A DNA stretch of 64,000 nucleotides from an uncultured Actinomycetota bacterium (GCA_963724415.1 CAVRUS010000005.1:143945-207944); one strand, 5' to 3'. Counted from the stretch's first letter, positions 49,624 through 59,225 are shown. The notes: generated from the letters alone by a model not told the origin. Numbers and translations are program-made.

Positions 49624-49691
49624 CCTCGGTAGGCCAAGGCCCTCAGTAGGCCAAGGCCCTCAGTAGGCCAAGGCCCTCAGTAGGATTGGCT
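49624..49691. repeat. 17-bp tandem direct repeat (CTCAGTAGGCCAAGGCC), 3 full copies plus 1 degenerate copy, ending 2 nt before the cysS start
   Basis: Read directly: ctcGgtaggccaaggcc / ctcagtaggccaaggcc / ctcagtaggccaaggcc / ctcagtaggattggctc. Confidence 0.85.
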
Positions 49692-49693
49692 CC

Positions 49694-51085
49694 GTGCGCC
49701 TCTACAACTCGTTGACCCGTCAGGTCGAGGAGGTCGTGCCGGTCGACGGCCGGGAGATCCGGATGTATTCGTGCGGTCCGACGGTGTACCGGTACATCCA
49801 CATCGGCAACATGCGCTCGTTCATGCTCGGGGATCTGATCCGGCGCGCGCTCCGCTTCGAGGGGCACGATGTCCGATGGATCATGAACATCACCGACGTC
49901 GGTCACATGACCGACGAGGTGACCGACACCGGTCGGGACAAGATGGAGCTCGCCGAGTCCGACGAGGGCCTCTCCGCTGCCGAGATCGCGGAGAAGTACA
50001 CGCAGGCCTTCCTGGAGGACGCCGATCTCGTCGGCATCGAGCGGGCCGATCTCTACCCGCGGGCGACGGACCACATCCCCGAGATGATCTCGATGATCGA
50101 GACGCTGATCGAGAAGGGCAACGCGTACGAGGTCGACGGCACCGTCTACTACGACGTCACGACCTTCCCCGGCTACGGCAAGCTCTCCGGGAACACGCTC
50201 GATCAGCTCCGCGCCGGGCACCGGCAGGAGCTCGCCGTCGATCCCGCCAAGCGTCACCCGGAGGATTTCGCGCTGTGGAAGAGCGCGGGGGCGAACCGTC
50301 TCTTGAAGTGGCCGAGCCCGTGGGGCGACGGGTATCCCGGGTGGCACATCGAGTGCTCCGCGATGTCGATCAAGCACCTCGGCGATCGCTTCGACGTGCA
50401 CACCGGTGGCAACGACAACAAGTTCCCCCACCACGAGGACGAGATCGCGCAGTCCGAGGGAGCGGTCGGGCATCCCGTGGTGTCGATCTGGGTGCACGGC
50501 GGGTTCCTGCAGATGGGTGGACAGAAGATGGCGAAGTCCGCGAAGAACATCAAGCGGGTGACCGATCTCGCCGAGCAGGGCCTCGACCCGCTCGCCTACC
50601 GCTGGTTCACGTTCCAGGCTCGATACCGGTCGGAGATGGATTTCACGGAGGACGCGCTCCAGACGGCGGACCAGCGGGTGAAACAGCTCCGCCGTCACGT
50701 CGCGGGGTGGGACCCGGCCGCGGATGACCTCGGGCCGGCGGCGAAGGAGTTCGACTCCCGCTTCCGCGAGGCCCTCGCGAACGACCTCGACATGCCGACC
50801 GCCGTCCGCGTCGTGAACGACCTGGACCGGTCCGCCGACGTGCCGTCCGGCGAGAAGCGCTCGTTGCTCGGGTCCTGGGATCAGGTGCTCGCGCTCGATC
50901 TCGAGCGCGAGGCGCGAACGTCATGGGAGCCCTCCGAGGACATCCGGCGGCTCGTGGCGGAGCGCGATGCGGCACGGGAGGCGAAGGACTACCCGCGCTC
51001 GGACGAGCTCCGCGACGAGCTCCAAAGGCTCGGTCTCGAGGTGATGGATACGGCGGACGGGACCCAGGTCCGCCCTCGGGACTGA
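49694..51085 (+). CDS. cysS: Cysteine--tRNA ligase
   Basis: RLYNSLTRQ, MYSCGPTVYRYIHIGNMRSF (HIGH), GWHIECSAM and KMAKSAKN (KMSKS). Confidence 0.95.
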   Translation: MRLYNSLTRQVEEVVPVDGREIRMYSCGPTVYRYIHIGNMRSFMLGDLIRRALRFEGHDVRWIMNITDVGHMTDEVTDTGRDKMELAESDEGLSAAEIAEKYTQAFLEDADLVGIERADLYPRATDHIPEMISMIETLIEKGNAYEVDGTVYYDVTTFPGYGKLSGNTLDQLRAGHRQELAVDPAKRHPEDFALWKSAGANRLLKWPSPWGDGYPGWHIECSAMSIKHLGDRFDVHTGGNDNKFPHHEDEIAQSEGAVGHPVVSIWVHGGFLQMGGQKMAKSAKNIKRVTDLAEQGLDPLAYRWFTFQARYRSEMDFTEDALQTADQRVKQLRRHVAGWDPAADDLGPAAKEFDSRFREALANDLDMPTAVRVVNDLDRSADVPSGEKRSLLGSWDQVLALDLEREARTSWEPSEDIRRLVAERDAAREAKDYPRSDELRDELQRLGLEVMDTADGTQVRPRD

Positions 51086-51106
51086 GCCAGAGAGACCGCG
51101 AGAGGC

Positions 51107-51994
51107 TCAGCCCAGACCCAGGGGCTGGCCGAGACGTACCGCGGCGCCCCGGAGCGCGTCGGAGAGGAAGCGGCTCCCCCCCAGCCCCGGGAGCTCCCCC
51201 AGGATGCCCTCCATCTCCTTGACGGCGACCACCCCGTCGGCGTCGCCGAAGAGGTGGTGGATCACGAAGTCGGTCTCCGCCTGGGGGCGCACCCCGGTGC
51301 CGACCGGTGCCCAGAGATGCTCCAATGCCCATCGGGTGATCGTCCGCGCCTGCTTCGATCGCGCGAGGCGCATCCTGGCCTGCGCCCGGTAGAAGGCGAA
51401 GTGCCGACGCTCGTCCTTGATCACCGCCTGGAGGAGCTGGATCAGGACGGGGTTCTGGGTCTGCGCGATGATCCGGTGGTACCCGGTCAGCGTGCCGAGC
51501 TCGTTCACGGCGCCCCAGGTCATGTGCACGGCGACGAAATCACGGAACAGGGCCGAGCCGAGGAGCGTCCCGATGTGGGAGACGTATCCCTTCGTCCCGA
51601 ACTTCTGCCGGACCCATTGGTTCCGGTCGACACGGGTGGGGAACGGGTCGTCGCCCGAGACCCCTTCGAACGTGGGGGGGACGCGGAACCCCGCCTCACC
51701 GAGGAACCGGCTGAACGCTTCCCCGTGCCAGAGCTCCTCGTAGACCCAGCACGACAGGAACGCGGTGACCTCAGGATCGAAGGATGCCCGCGTGGCGAGG
51801 AGGTCCCGGAGGAACACGACGGTGTGGGTCTCGATGTCCATCATGTACGTGAGGCAGCGCGCTTCGGCGGTCGTGACCGGCTGTTCGCCGATCCGCTCCC
51901 ATTCGACGCTCGACAGGTCGACCCGCGTGGATGCTCGCAGGTACTTGTCCAGGTCGAACTCCCTGGTGTCCATCGTCATGGTCCCGTCCTTCAT
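51107..51994 (-). CDS. Ferritin-like di-iron carboxylate protein (acyl-ACP desaturase-like)
   Basis: Two ExxH motifs in helices: VYEELWHGEAF and VIKDERRHFAFY. Confidence 0.65.
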   Translation of the reverse strand: MKDGTMTMDTREFDLDKYLRASTRVDLSSVEWERIGEQPVTTAEARCLTYMMDIETHTVVFLRDLLATRASFDPEVTAFLSCWVYEELWHGEAFSRFLGEAGFRVPPTFEGVSGDDPFPTRVDRNQWVRQKFGTKGYVSHIGTLLGSALFRDFVAVHMTWGAVNELGTLTGYHRIIAQTQNPVLIQLLQAVIKDERRHFAFYRAQARMRLARSKQARTITRWALEHLWAPVGTGVRPQAETDFVIHHLFGDADGVVAVKEMEGILGELPGLGGSRFLSDALRGAAVRLGQPLGLG

Positions 51995-52079
51995 GCAGCC
52001 GACCTCCCGCTCGCGAAGGGCTCCTCAGCGGTGTTCGCAGTCCTCGAGGGACAGGATTACCTGAGTCGTCGCCGACCGG

Positions 52080-53177
52080 TCAAGCGACGACCTGCAGATC
52101 CCTCGTGCTCCGGTTCAGGCGCTCCACCCCGTCCGCGCTCACCGCGACGATGTCCTCGATCCGGATCCCGAAGCGTCCCTCGAGGTACACGCCCGGCTCC
52201 ACGGAGAAGGTCATCCCCTGCTCGAGGACCGTCGTGTCGCCTTCCACCATGTACGGCGGCTCGTGCACCTCGAGGCCGATGCCGTGGCCGGTCCGATGGA
52301 TGAACCGCTCCCCGTACCCCGCGGCGTCGATCACCGCGCGGGCGGCGCGATCGATCTGCTGCGCCTCGACGCCGGGCGCGACCGCGTCGACCGCCGCCGC
52401 CTGGGCTTCCTGGACGGCCGCGTACGCCTGCTCGAAGCCGTCGGGGGCTTCCGTGACCACCACCGTCCTCGTCGTGTCGCTGAAGTAGCCGCCGAGCTCG
52501 CCGCCGAAGTCCATCACCACGGCGTCGCGCGGCAGGATCGTGCGCCCGCTCGGCTCGTGGTGCGGTGAGGCCCCGTGCGGGCCGCTCGCGACGATCGTGA
52601 AATCTGCGCGCGCGTGGCCGTTGCGCACCAGGAGCTCCGCGAGGTCGTGCGCGACGGCCTCCTCGCTGCGGCCCTGGAAGGACATCGTCACGATCTCCCG
52701 GAACGTCTCGTCCGCGGCCCGGGCGGCGCGGCGGAGGGCCTCGAGCTCGGAGGGGTCCTTCACGCTCCGGAGCCGGCCGAGGACGGGCGATGCCGGGGAG
52801 AACGACGCATCGGGCAGGACCCGTTCCAGGCCGATCAGGTGGGAGGACCAGAGCCGGTCCGTGACCGCGATCCGCGCCGCGCCACCCAGCAGGCTCGCGG
52901 CGGCCTCGTAGGGATCGGCGCCGTCACGCCAGGCCACCAGCTCGAGGTGCTCCCCCACCGGGGAGGCCGCCGCGAGCGGCCGCTCCAGCTCGGGGACCAG
53001 GAGCGCCGGGTCGTTCCCCGGCCGGAGGACGAGGAGCGTCGGTCGCTCCAGGGGCATCGGGTCGTAGCCCGTGAGGTACGCGAGGTCGGGCGACGGAGAG
53101 ACCACGAGCGCGTCCAGCCCGCGGTTCGAGGCCTCCTCGCGGGCTCGGCGGATCCGGTCGAGATGCGGCCCCGTCAT
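52080..53177 (-). CDS. M24 family metallopeptidase (Xaa-Pro dipeptidase-like)
   Basis: ATG 53177 (ATGA overlap with the upstream gene). Contains RIRRAREEASNRGLDALVV, VVMDFGGELGGYFSDTTRT, HRTGHGIGLEVHEPP and SVEPGVYL. Confidence 0.85.
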   Translation of the reverse strand: MTGPHLDRIRRAREEASNRGLDALVVSPSPDLAYLTGYDPMPLERPTLLVLRPGNDPALLVPELERPLAAASPVGEHLELVAWRDGADPYEAAASLLGGAARIAVTDRLWSSHLIGLERVLPDASFSPASPVLGRLRSVKDPSELEALRRAARAADETFREIVTMSFQGRSEEAVAHDLAELLVRNGHARADFTIVASGPHGASPHHEPSGRTILPRDAVVMDFGGELGGYFSDTTRTVVVTEAPDGFEQAYAAVQEAQAAAVDAVAPGVEAQQIDRAARAVIDAAGYGERFIHRTGHGIGLEVHEPPYMVEGDTTVLEQGMTFSVEPGVYLEGRFGIRIEDIVAVSADGVERLNRSTRDLQVVA

Positions 53178-54091
53178 AGCTTGAGCAGGATCGGCCGCGG
53201 CAGGATCTGGAACGTGACCGGGGTGGTCCCGAGCGCCACGCCGTCCGCCAGGACGGGCAGCGGTCGCTCGGACCGGACCTCGAACCGGATCTTCGCCTTG
53301 AGCTCGTGGATGTGTGGATCGGGCACGTGGTCGCCGTGGCGGAACAGTCGCGGGAGCTGCGTGTAGGCGCCGGAACGGGGGCCGGTGAACACCAGGGCGT
53401 CCAGCACCCCGTCCCCCGGGAAGGACCGGGGTGAAAGCCGCAGCCCGCCGTCGGTGAACTGCGCGTTCGCCACCACGACGTTCCACGCCGAACCCTCCCA
53501 GGTGCGCCGGTCGTGTTCCACCGTGACCCGGGACGCCTTCGTCTTGAGGTAGCCGCACCAGAAGCCGTAGAAGCGCCGCGATCCGCCGAGCCAGGCCGGA
53601 GCCTTGGCCGCGCACACCACCTGCTGGGCTCCCATCCCCACCTGCGCGAGGTTGTGCCCGTAGCGCGTCCGGCGCTCCCCTGTGATGTCGGTGGACGTGA
53701 TCTTCATCAGGTCAAGGCCGTAGGTGTTCTCGCCGGCCAGGTGGGCCGCGGCGGCCTCCGTGTCGCCGGGGATCCCGAAGCTCCGCACGAGGTCGCACCC
53801 GCTCCCCGCGCCGATCACCCCGAGCACCGGATCCTCGCGGATCGGGTGACCTTCACGGAACATGCCGTTCACGACGTCCTGCACCGTCGCGTCGTTGCCC
53901 ATCGCGACGAGGAACCGGTACCCCTCGTCGAGGGCGGATGCCGCGAGCGTCGACGGGTCCGACCCGTTCGCGACCAGCGTGCGATGTTCCAGCCCCCGCG
54001 CGTCGAGGGCCCGCTCGAGGATCGGCACCTGCGGCGCGATGCCGGCCCGCGGGTCGACGATCACCGCGATCGTGCCGAACGGGCTGGTCAT
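53174..54091 (-). CDS. Diacylglycerol kinase family protein with a degenerate GGDGT motif (reads GNDAT)
   Basis: IAVIVDPRAG...FLVAMGNDATVQDVVNGM...GVIGAGSGCDLVRSFG. ATG 54091 avoids overlap with the helY 3' end. Confidence 0.7.
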   Translation of the reverse strand: MTSPFGTIAVIVDPRAGIAPQVPILERALDARGLEHRTLVANGSDPSTLAASALDEGYRFLVAMGNDATVQDVVNGMFREGHPIREDPVLGVIGAGSGCDLVRSFGIPGDTEAAAAHLAGENTYGLDLMKITSTDITGERRTRYGHNLAQVGMGAQQVVCAAKAPAWLGGSRRFYGFWCGYLKTKASRVTVEHDRRTWEGSAWNVVVANAQFTDGGLRLSPRSFPGDGVLDALVFTGPRSGAYTQLPRLFRHGDHVPDPHIHELKAKIRFEVRSERPLPVLADGVALGTTPVTFQILPRPILLKL

Positions 54092-54119
54092 GGCCGTGAT
54101 CCCACGTGCGGCATCGTAG

Positions 54120-56777
54120 CTAGACGCCGGTGTAGGCGACGACGCCCCGGAGGATCGACCCACGACCCGCCCGGACCTGTGCCGCGGTCTCCGGGGTCGC
54201 GACGTCCTCGATCTGGCGGAGCAGATCCACGAGCTGCTTGCAGTTGCGGATGAAGTCTCCGGGGGCCATCTCGGTCTCCGCGAGGATCTCGTCGAGGGAG
54301 TCGCCCTCGGCCCATCGGTGGATCGGCCGGGCGAAGCCTGCCTCCAGCTCGCGGCAGAGCTGTACCTGGTGCTCGTCCTCCGTGCGGCGGACCTTCCGCC
54401 AGAGCCGCTGGAGCCGCTCGTACCGCTCCTTCGTCTCGGCGGTCGGCATCTCGCCCGACAGCGGGATGCGTTCGCGTCCCTCGTAGATCACGGCCGACAG
54501 CAGCGCCACGACCTCGGAGGGCTGCAGGTCGTCGAGGAGGCCCGACGCGAGCGCCTCGCCCACCAGGAGGTCGCCCTCCCCGTAGATGCGTGTGAGGGTC
54601 GTGCCTTTCGTGGTGAGCTCCCACCCCTCCACGTATCCCAGCGCGCGCAGGACCGACAGGACCCGGTCGAACTGGCGCGCGAGCGTCTCGGTGCGGACGC
54701 GGATCCGGCGCTCCACGCCGCCGAGGCGGCGCTGCAGCTCCGTGGCCCGTCCCGCCCAGCGCTCGTGCTTCGCCCGCTCGGGACATCGGCGGCAGGGGTG
54801 CGCGTCGGCCAGCGCCTCCAGTCGCGCCGCCTCTCGTTCGACCTTCGGGCTCGTCTGCGCACGTCGCTTCCCGCCCCCGGTCTTCACGTCGAGGGCGACC
54901 AGGCGGGCGGCGACGTCGCGCCGGAACCGCGGGTTGCGCACGCTCCCCGATCGCGGCAGGGGGATCTTGGTGACGACCTGCGGCGGATCCTCGAAGTCCC
55001 TGGGGGTCAGCCGGAAGAACTGCCGGTCCTGGGCCAACACGGTCGGTTTCCCGTCGCGCGAGGAGACGACCACCGCGAGGCCGCGTCGCCGTGCGCGCGG
55101 CACCCACACCACATCGCCCGGCCGCAGCCCGGCGACGCCCGCTCGGACGTCGTCGCGGCGCCCCTGGTCGCGCGTCCTGCGGTCGTCCTCGCGGAGCCGG
55201 CGCGCCTTCTCCAGGTACGCCCAGTACTCCTCGAAGTCCCCGAGGTGGCAGGTCATGTTCTTCCGGTAGCCCTCGAGCGTCGCTTGATCCTGCTGCCGGG
55301 ACCGCTCGAGCACCACGACGCCGCGGTCCGCGAGGAACTGTGCGAACGAGGAGTTGAGGAGGTGATGCGATTGCTCCTGCGTGTAGTTCCGCACCAGGTT
55401 CACCGCCATGTTGTACGAGGGGCGGAACGACGACGCGAGGTCGTACGTGCGCGTGGCCGCGAGCCCCGCGACACGCTCGAACGGCACCTGCCGCTGATAC
55501 ACCACGACGGCGTGGCCGAGCGCGTCGATCCCCCGCCGTCCGGCGCGCCCCGTGAGCTGCGTGTACTCCCCGGGCGTGACCAGCTCGTGCCGTTCGCCCT
55601 GGAACTTCCACAGGTCCTCGATCACCACGCTCTTCGCCGGCATGTTGATCCCGAGCGAGAGGGTCTCCGTGGCGAACACGACCTTCACGAGCCCCTCCTG
55701 GAACAGCTCCTCGACCGTCTCCTTGAACAGGGGCAGCATCCCGGCGTGGTGCGCGGCGACACCCGTGGTGAGCGATTCGAGGAACTCGGAGAAGCCGAGG
55801 CTCGTGAGATCGTCATCGTCCACCCACGCCGCCCGGGCCTCGGCCCGATCGCGGATCGTCGCGGCCTCCTCCCTCGTCGTGAGGCGCACCCCGGCGTCCC
55901 GGAGCCATCGCACGCTCTTCTCGCATCCGGACCGGCTGAAGACGAAGTAGATCGCCGGGAGCATCCCCTCCCGAGCGAGAACCTCGACGACCTCCTCCCG
56001 CCGGGGCACGTACACGCGGCGGTACCCCTCCCGCGGCCGCGAGATCCGCTGGTGTTGCGGCAAGGCGGACCCACGCCGGTAGTAGGTCTTCGTCTTCAGC
56101 TCGTGCTGGTCGAGCGAGACGACGTACGGGTTCGGCAGCAGGATCCCGTCCTGTTCGATGTGCATCGGATGCAGGCGCGGCCCCACGAGGTAGTGATGCT
56201 CGAGCGGCACGGGACGCCGCTCTTCGATCACGACGCGCGTGTCGCCGCGGAGGGTCGTGATCCACTCACCGAACTCCTCCGCGTTCGAGATCGTGGCGGA
56301 GAGCGCGACCACGCTCACCGACGGGGGCAGGTGGATCAGGACCTCCTCCCAGACGGCACCGCGGTACGGATCCTGGAGGTAATGCACCTCGTCCATCACG
56401 ACGGCGAGCAGTCCCGTGAGTGTCGTCGACCGCTCGTACAGCATGTTGCGGAGCACCTCCGTGGTCATCACGACCACGGACGCCTCCGGGTTGATCGCGT
56501 TGTCGCCCGTCAGCAGGCCGACGCTCTCGGCACCGTGCTTGGCGACGAGGTCGCCGAACTTCTGGTTCGAGAGGGCCTTCAGGGGGGTCGTATAGAAGGC
56601 CTTCCCTCCCCGGTCGAGTGCGCGTTCGATCGCGAACTCCGCGACGACCGTCTTGCCGGAGCCAGTCGGTGCCGCCACGAGGGTCGACATCCCCCGGTCG
56701 ACGGCGTCGATCGCATCGCGCTGGAACGTGTCGAGCGCGAAGGGGAACTGTCGTGCGAAGTCAACGGGCGTGGTCAC
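54120..56777 (-). CDS. helY: Ski2-like DEAD/DEAH-box RNA helicase HelY
   Basis: FALDTFQRDAIDAVDRGMSTLVAAPTGSGKTVVAE (motif I), VMDEVHYL (DEVH), ALSATISN, and a long C-terminal arch/DSHCT-like region. It lies next to tatC, as Rv2092c does. Confidence 0.9.
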   Translation of the reverse strand: MTTPVDFARQFPFALDTFQRDAIDAVDRGMSTLVAAPTGSGKTVVAEFAIERALDRGGKAFYTTPLKALSNQKFGDLVAKHGAESVGLLTGDNAINPEASVVVMTTEVLRNMLYERSTTLTGLLAVVMDEVHYLQDPYRGAVWEEVLIHLPPSVSVVALSATISNAEEFGEWITTLRGDTRVVIEERRPVPLEHHYLVGPRLHPMHIEQDGILLPNPYVVSLDQHELKTKTYYRRGSALPQHQRISRPREGYRRVYVPRREEVVEVLAREGMLPAIYFVFSRSGCEKSVRWLRDAGVRLTTREEAATIRDRAEARAAWVDDDDLTSLGFSEFLESLTTGVAAHHAGMLPLFKETVEELFQEGLVKVVFATETLSLGINMPAKSVVIEDLWKFQGERHELVTPGEYTQLTGRAGRRGIDALGHAVVVYQRQVPFERVAGLAATRTYDLASSFRPSYNMAVNLVRNYTQEQSHHLLNSSFAQFLADRGVVVLERSRQQDQATLEGYRKNMTCHLGDFEEYWAYLEKARRLREDDRRTRDQGRRDDVRAGVAGLRPGDVVWVPRARRRGLAVVVSSRDGKPTVLAQDRQFFRLTPRDFEDPPQVVTKIPLPRSGSVRNPRFRRDVAARLVALDVKTGGGKRRAQTSPKVEREAARLEALADAHPCRRCPERAKHERWAGRATELQRRLGGVERRIRVRTETLARQFDRVLSVLRALGYVEGWELTTKGTTLTRIYGEGDLLVGEALASGLLDDLQPSEVVALLSAVIYEGRERIPLSGEMPTAETKERYERLQRLWRKVRRTEDEHQVQLCRELEAGFARPIHRWAEGDSLDEILAETEMAPGDFIRNCKQLVDLLRQIEDVATPETAAQVRAGRGSILRGVVAYTGV

Positions 56778-56835
56778 GGTGCCGCAAGTCTACGGAGGAC
56801 CCCGTCCGAGCCCGTAGATGCCGTCCGAACGAGGA

Positions 56836-57567
56836 CTAGAGCCCGAGCCCGGTCAGCACGCCACCGAGGGCCTCACCGAAGGCATCCGACGCCTCGAGGT
56901 TCGACAGGTGGCCGGCGTCCTCGATCCGCAGGAGCTCCGCACCCTCCACTCCCTCGGCGATGCCGGCGGTGACGTCGGGCGGGATCAGCCGATCGAGCGT
57001 CCCGGTGATCACGAGCGTCGGCACGTCGATCGTGGGGAGGTCCGGCACCGAGTCCGGCCGCTCGGCCATCCCGAGCGCGGCGGCCGCGATGGCGTCGGGG
57101 GTCTGCTCCGCGATCCAGCCTCGAACGCGCTCCAGGAGCTCGGGCGGGGCCTCCTCCCGGAGCAACGGCGGCGGTTGGTCGACGAGGAAGCCGTGTCCCT
57201 CGGTCCGCAAGCGTTCGGCGAGCGCCCGCCGCGCGGTCGCGGCTTCGGGGGTGTCGGGCTCGGCCTTCGTGTTGGCGAGCACCAGGGCGGCGACGCGCGG
57301 CCGCGAGGACCTCCACAGCTCGAAGGCCACGTAGCCACCCATCGACAGCCCGCACACGACCGCCGTGTCCACGCCGGCCTCATCGAGCGCCCGGGTGCAC
57401 GCCTGCGCCGCCGCGGCCATCGTGAGCACCTCCGGCCCCTCCGTGGAGCCGAACCCGGGCAGGTGCGGGACCACCAACGGGATCCGGCTGCCCAGCGAGC
57501 CGAGCTGCGGCTCCCACATCCGGGCGTCGAGCGGGAAGGCATGGATCAGCAGCAGTCCTGTCGTCAT
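56836..57567 (-). CDS. Alpha/beta hydrolase
   Basis: LLLIHAFPLDARMW and the nucleophile elbow CGLSMGGYVAFEL. The C-terminal DAGHLSNLE contains the catalytic His. Confidence 0.8.
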   Translation of the reverse strand: MTTGLLLIHAFPLDARMWEPQLGSLGSRIPLVVPHLPGFGSTEGPEVLTMAAAAQACTRALDEAGVDTAVVCGLSMGGYVAFELWRSSRPRVAALVLANTKAEPDTPEAATARRALAERLRTEGHGFLVDQPPPLLREEAPPELLERVRGWIAEQTPDAIAAAALGMAERPDSVPDLPTIDVPTLVITGTLDRLIPPDVTAGIAEGVEGAELLRIEDAGHLSNLEASDAFGEALGGVLTGLGL

Positions 57568-57571
57568 GGGC

Positions 57572-58487
57572 TCACCGTACGCTCTTGGCGTCCGGACCGA
57601 CCACGACGGGCAGGGCGCCCGGGCGGACCTCGAAGATCGCGGGCAGTGGTCCCACCAGCTCGCCGTCCGCGTACACGAGGACGCGCCGGTTCGCCTCCAC
57701 CTCGACCCTCGTGCCGGTGCGCATCGTGACCTTGGGATGCGTCGTATGCGACCCGGTGAACACGCGCGGGAAGGCTCGGAGGAACGCGGTCTTCGACAGC
57801 GCGCGCACGATGCAGAGATCCAGGAGCCCGTCGTTCATCACGGCATCGGGGAGCACCCGCATCCCACCACCGGTCCACCGGCCGCTCCCGATCTCGACGA
57901 GCATCGCATCGGTCTCGATCCGCTCGTCGCCGACCGTGATGACGAACGCCGCAGGCGCGAACCGAGAGAGCGTCTTCAACAACGCGGCGACGTAGGTGCC
58001 GGTGGCGCCGAGCTTGATCGTCATGCCGTTCGCGGTCTCGTTCACCTCGGAATCGAAGCCGGCCCCGGCGATGTTGATGAAGCTCCGACGGGCGGCACCC
58101 GGTGGTGACCTCGATCACGTCCAGGTCCGCGGTCTTCGGGTCGGCGAGCAGCGCGATCGCGGTATCCAGCTTCCCGGCGCCGATCCCCTTCGCGAAGTCG
58201 TCGCCGGTTCCCGCGGGAAGGGCGGCCAGGGCCGCACCGGTCCCGAGGAGACCGTTCGCCGCGAGCGAGGCGGTCCCGTCGCCGCCGAGGGCGGCCACGA
58301 TCCTCGTGCCACCCTCCGCGGCGTCGCGCGCGATCCGTTCCACGTCGGGGCCGGACTCGGAGACGCGGATCTCATGGGAGACGCCGAGCCGGCGGAGCCC
58401 CGTGGTGACCTTCCCGATCAGCTTGCCCGCCCTCCCGTGGCCGGCCGCGGGGTTCGCGACCACCACGACGTCGGGGGCGTCGGCCAT
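57572..58487 (-). pseudogene. Diacylglycerol kinase family lipid kinase, frame broken by an apparent 1-nt insertion near 58098-58100
   Basis: The N-terminal half is in ORF 57564..58487 (VVVANPAAGHGRAGK, VAALGGDGTASLAANGL, LPAGTGDDFA). The C-terminal half is in ORF 57572..58045 (FINIAGAGFDSEVNETANGM...). Removing one G from the minus-strand accGGGtgc run restores VTTGAARRSFINIAG. Confidence 0.75.
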
Positions 58488-58493
58488 GCGGTC

Positions 58494-59216
58494 CTACGCG
58501 CCCGGCACGCCGGGCAGGCCCGGCTGGGGGTTGAACCCGGCGGCGCTGAGCGCTTCGTTCTGGTGCGTCTGGAACCGCGCCATCGCGGCGTCCGCGAGGG
58601 CGAGGAGCGTCTGCGCGCGGGCGATGGCGGCGGCTCGATCGGCGACGTCGAGACGCGCCGCGGCGACCCCGAGGAGCGCCGCCTCACGCGTGAGCGAGAG
58701 CGACGTGACGATCTCGTCCCTGGCCGAGAGGAACCGCAACGCCTCGCCCTTGTCGAACCCCTTGCCGGTGAGGGAGCCCGACAGGTCGAAGGACGCGATC
58801 GCCTCCGACACCTCCTTGGCGTCGGCAGCGGCGCCCTGGAGCGTCGAGACGGCGTCCTCCGGCGTGCGTTCGCCGAGCCCGGTGAGAACGGCGGAGACCT
58901 GCGGCAGGACCACGGGCGGTGACCCTTCCGTGACCGTCCCGATCGTTCCGGCCTGGGTCTCGATGAAGGACTTCCAGGCGGCACCGGCTCGCCGTCGCAG
59001 GAGCTCCTGCTGGGCACTCTCGGTGGTCTGGTCCTGTTCGCGCAGGCCGTTGGTCAGCCAGATGCCTCCCCAGAACACGAGCAGCCCGGCGATGAACGCC
59101 GCCAGCGCCTGGACACCCCGGCGCTTCGCGAAGGGAACCGGCACCGGGACGGGCTCCCTCCGTGGAGCGCGCACGGGCTGTCGCGTCTTCGTCCGTCCCT
59201 TGCCTTTGATCGCCAT
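58494..59216 (-). CDS. Hypothetical membrane-anchored protein (single N-terminal TM, Ala-rich helical ectodomain)
   Basis: Basic N-terminus MAIKGKGRTKTRQP, TM ALAAFIAGLLVFWGGIWL, and high GC3. I recognise no family. Confidence 0.5.
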   Translation of the reverse strand: MAIKGKGRTKTRQPVRAPRREPVPVPVPFAKRRGVQALAAFIAGLLVFWGGIWLTNGLREQDQTTESAQQELLRRRAGAAWKSFIETQAGTIGTVTEGSPPVVLPQVSAVLTGLGERTPEDAVSTLQGAAADAKEVSEAIASFDLSGSLTGKGFDKGEALRFLSARDEIVTSLSLTREAALLGVAAARLDVADRAAAIARAQTLLALADAAMARFQTHQNEALSAAGFNPQPGLPGVPGA

Positions 59217-59225
59217 GTCCTCGTC

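Noticed and set aside
49624-49691. The 17-bp tandem repeat considered as a mini-CRISPR or a tRNA/attachment site.
   Set aside because: There are no spacers between the units and the unit is too short. There is no integrase or cas gene nearby, and it does not match the nearby tRNA-Pro.
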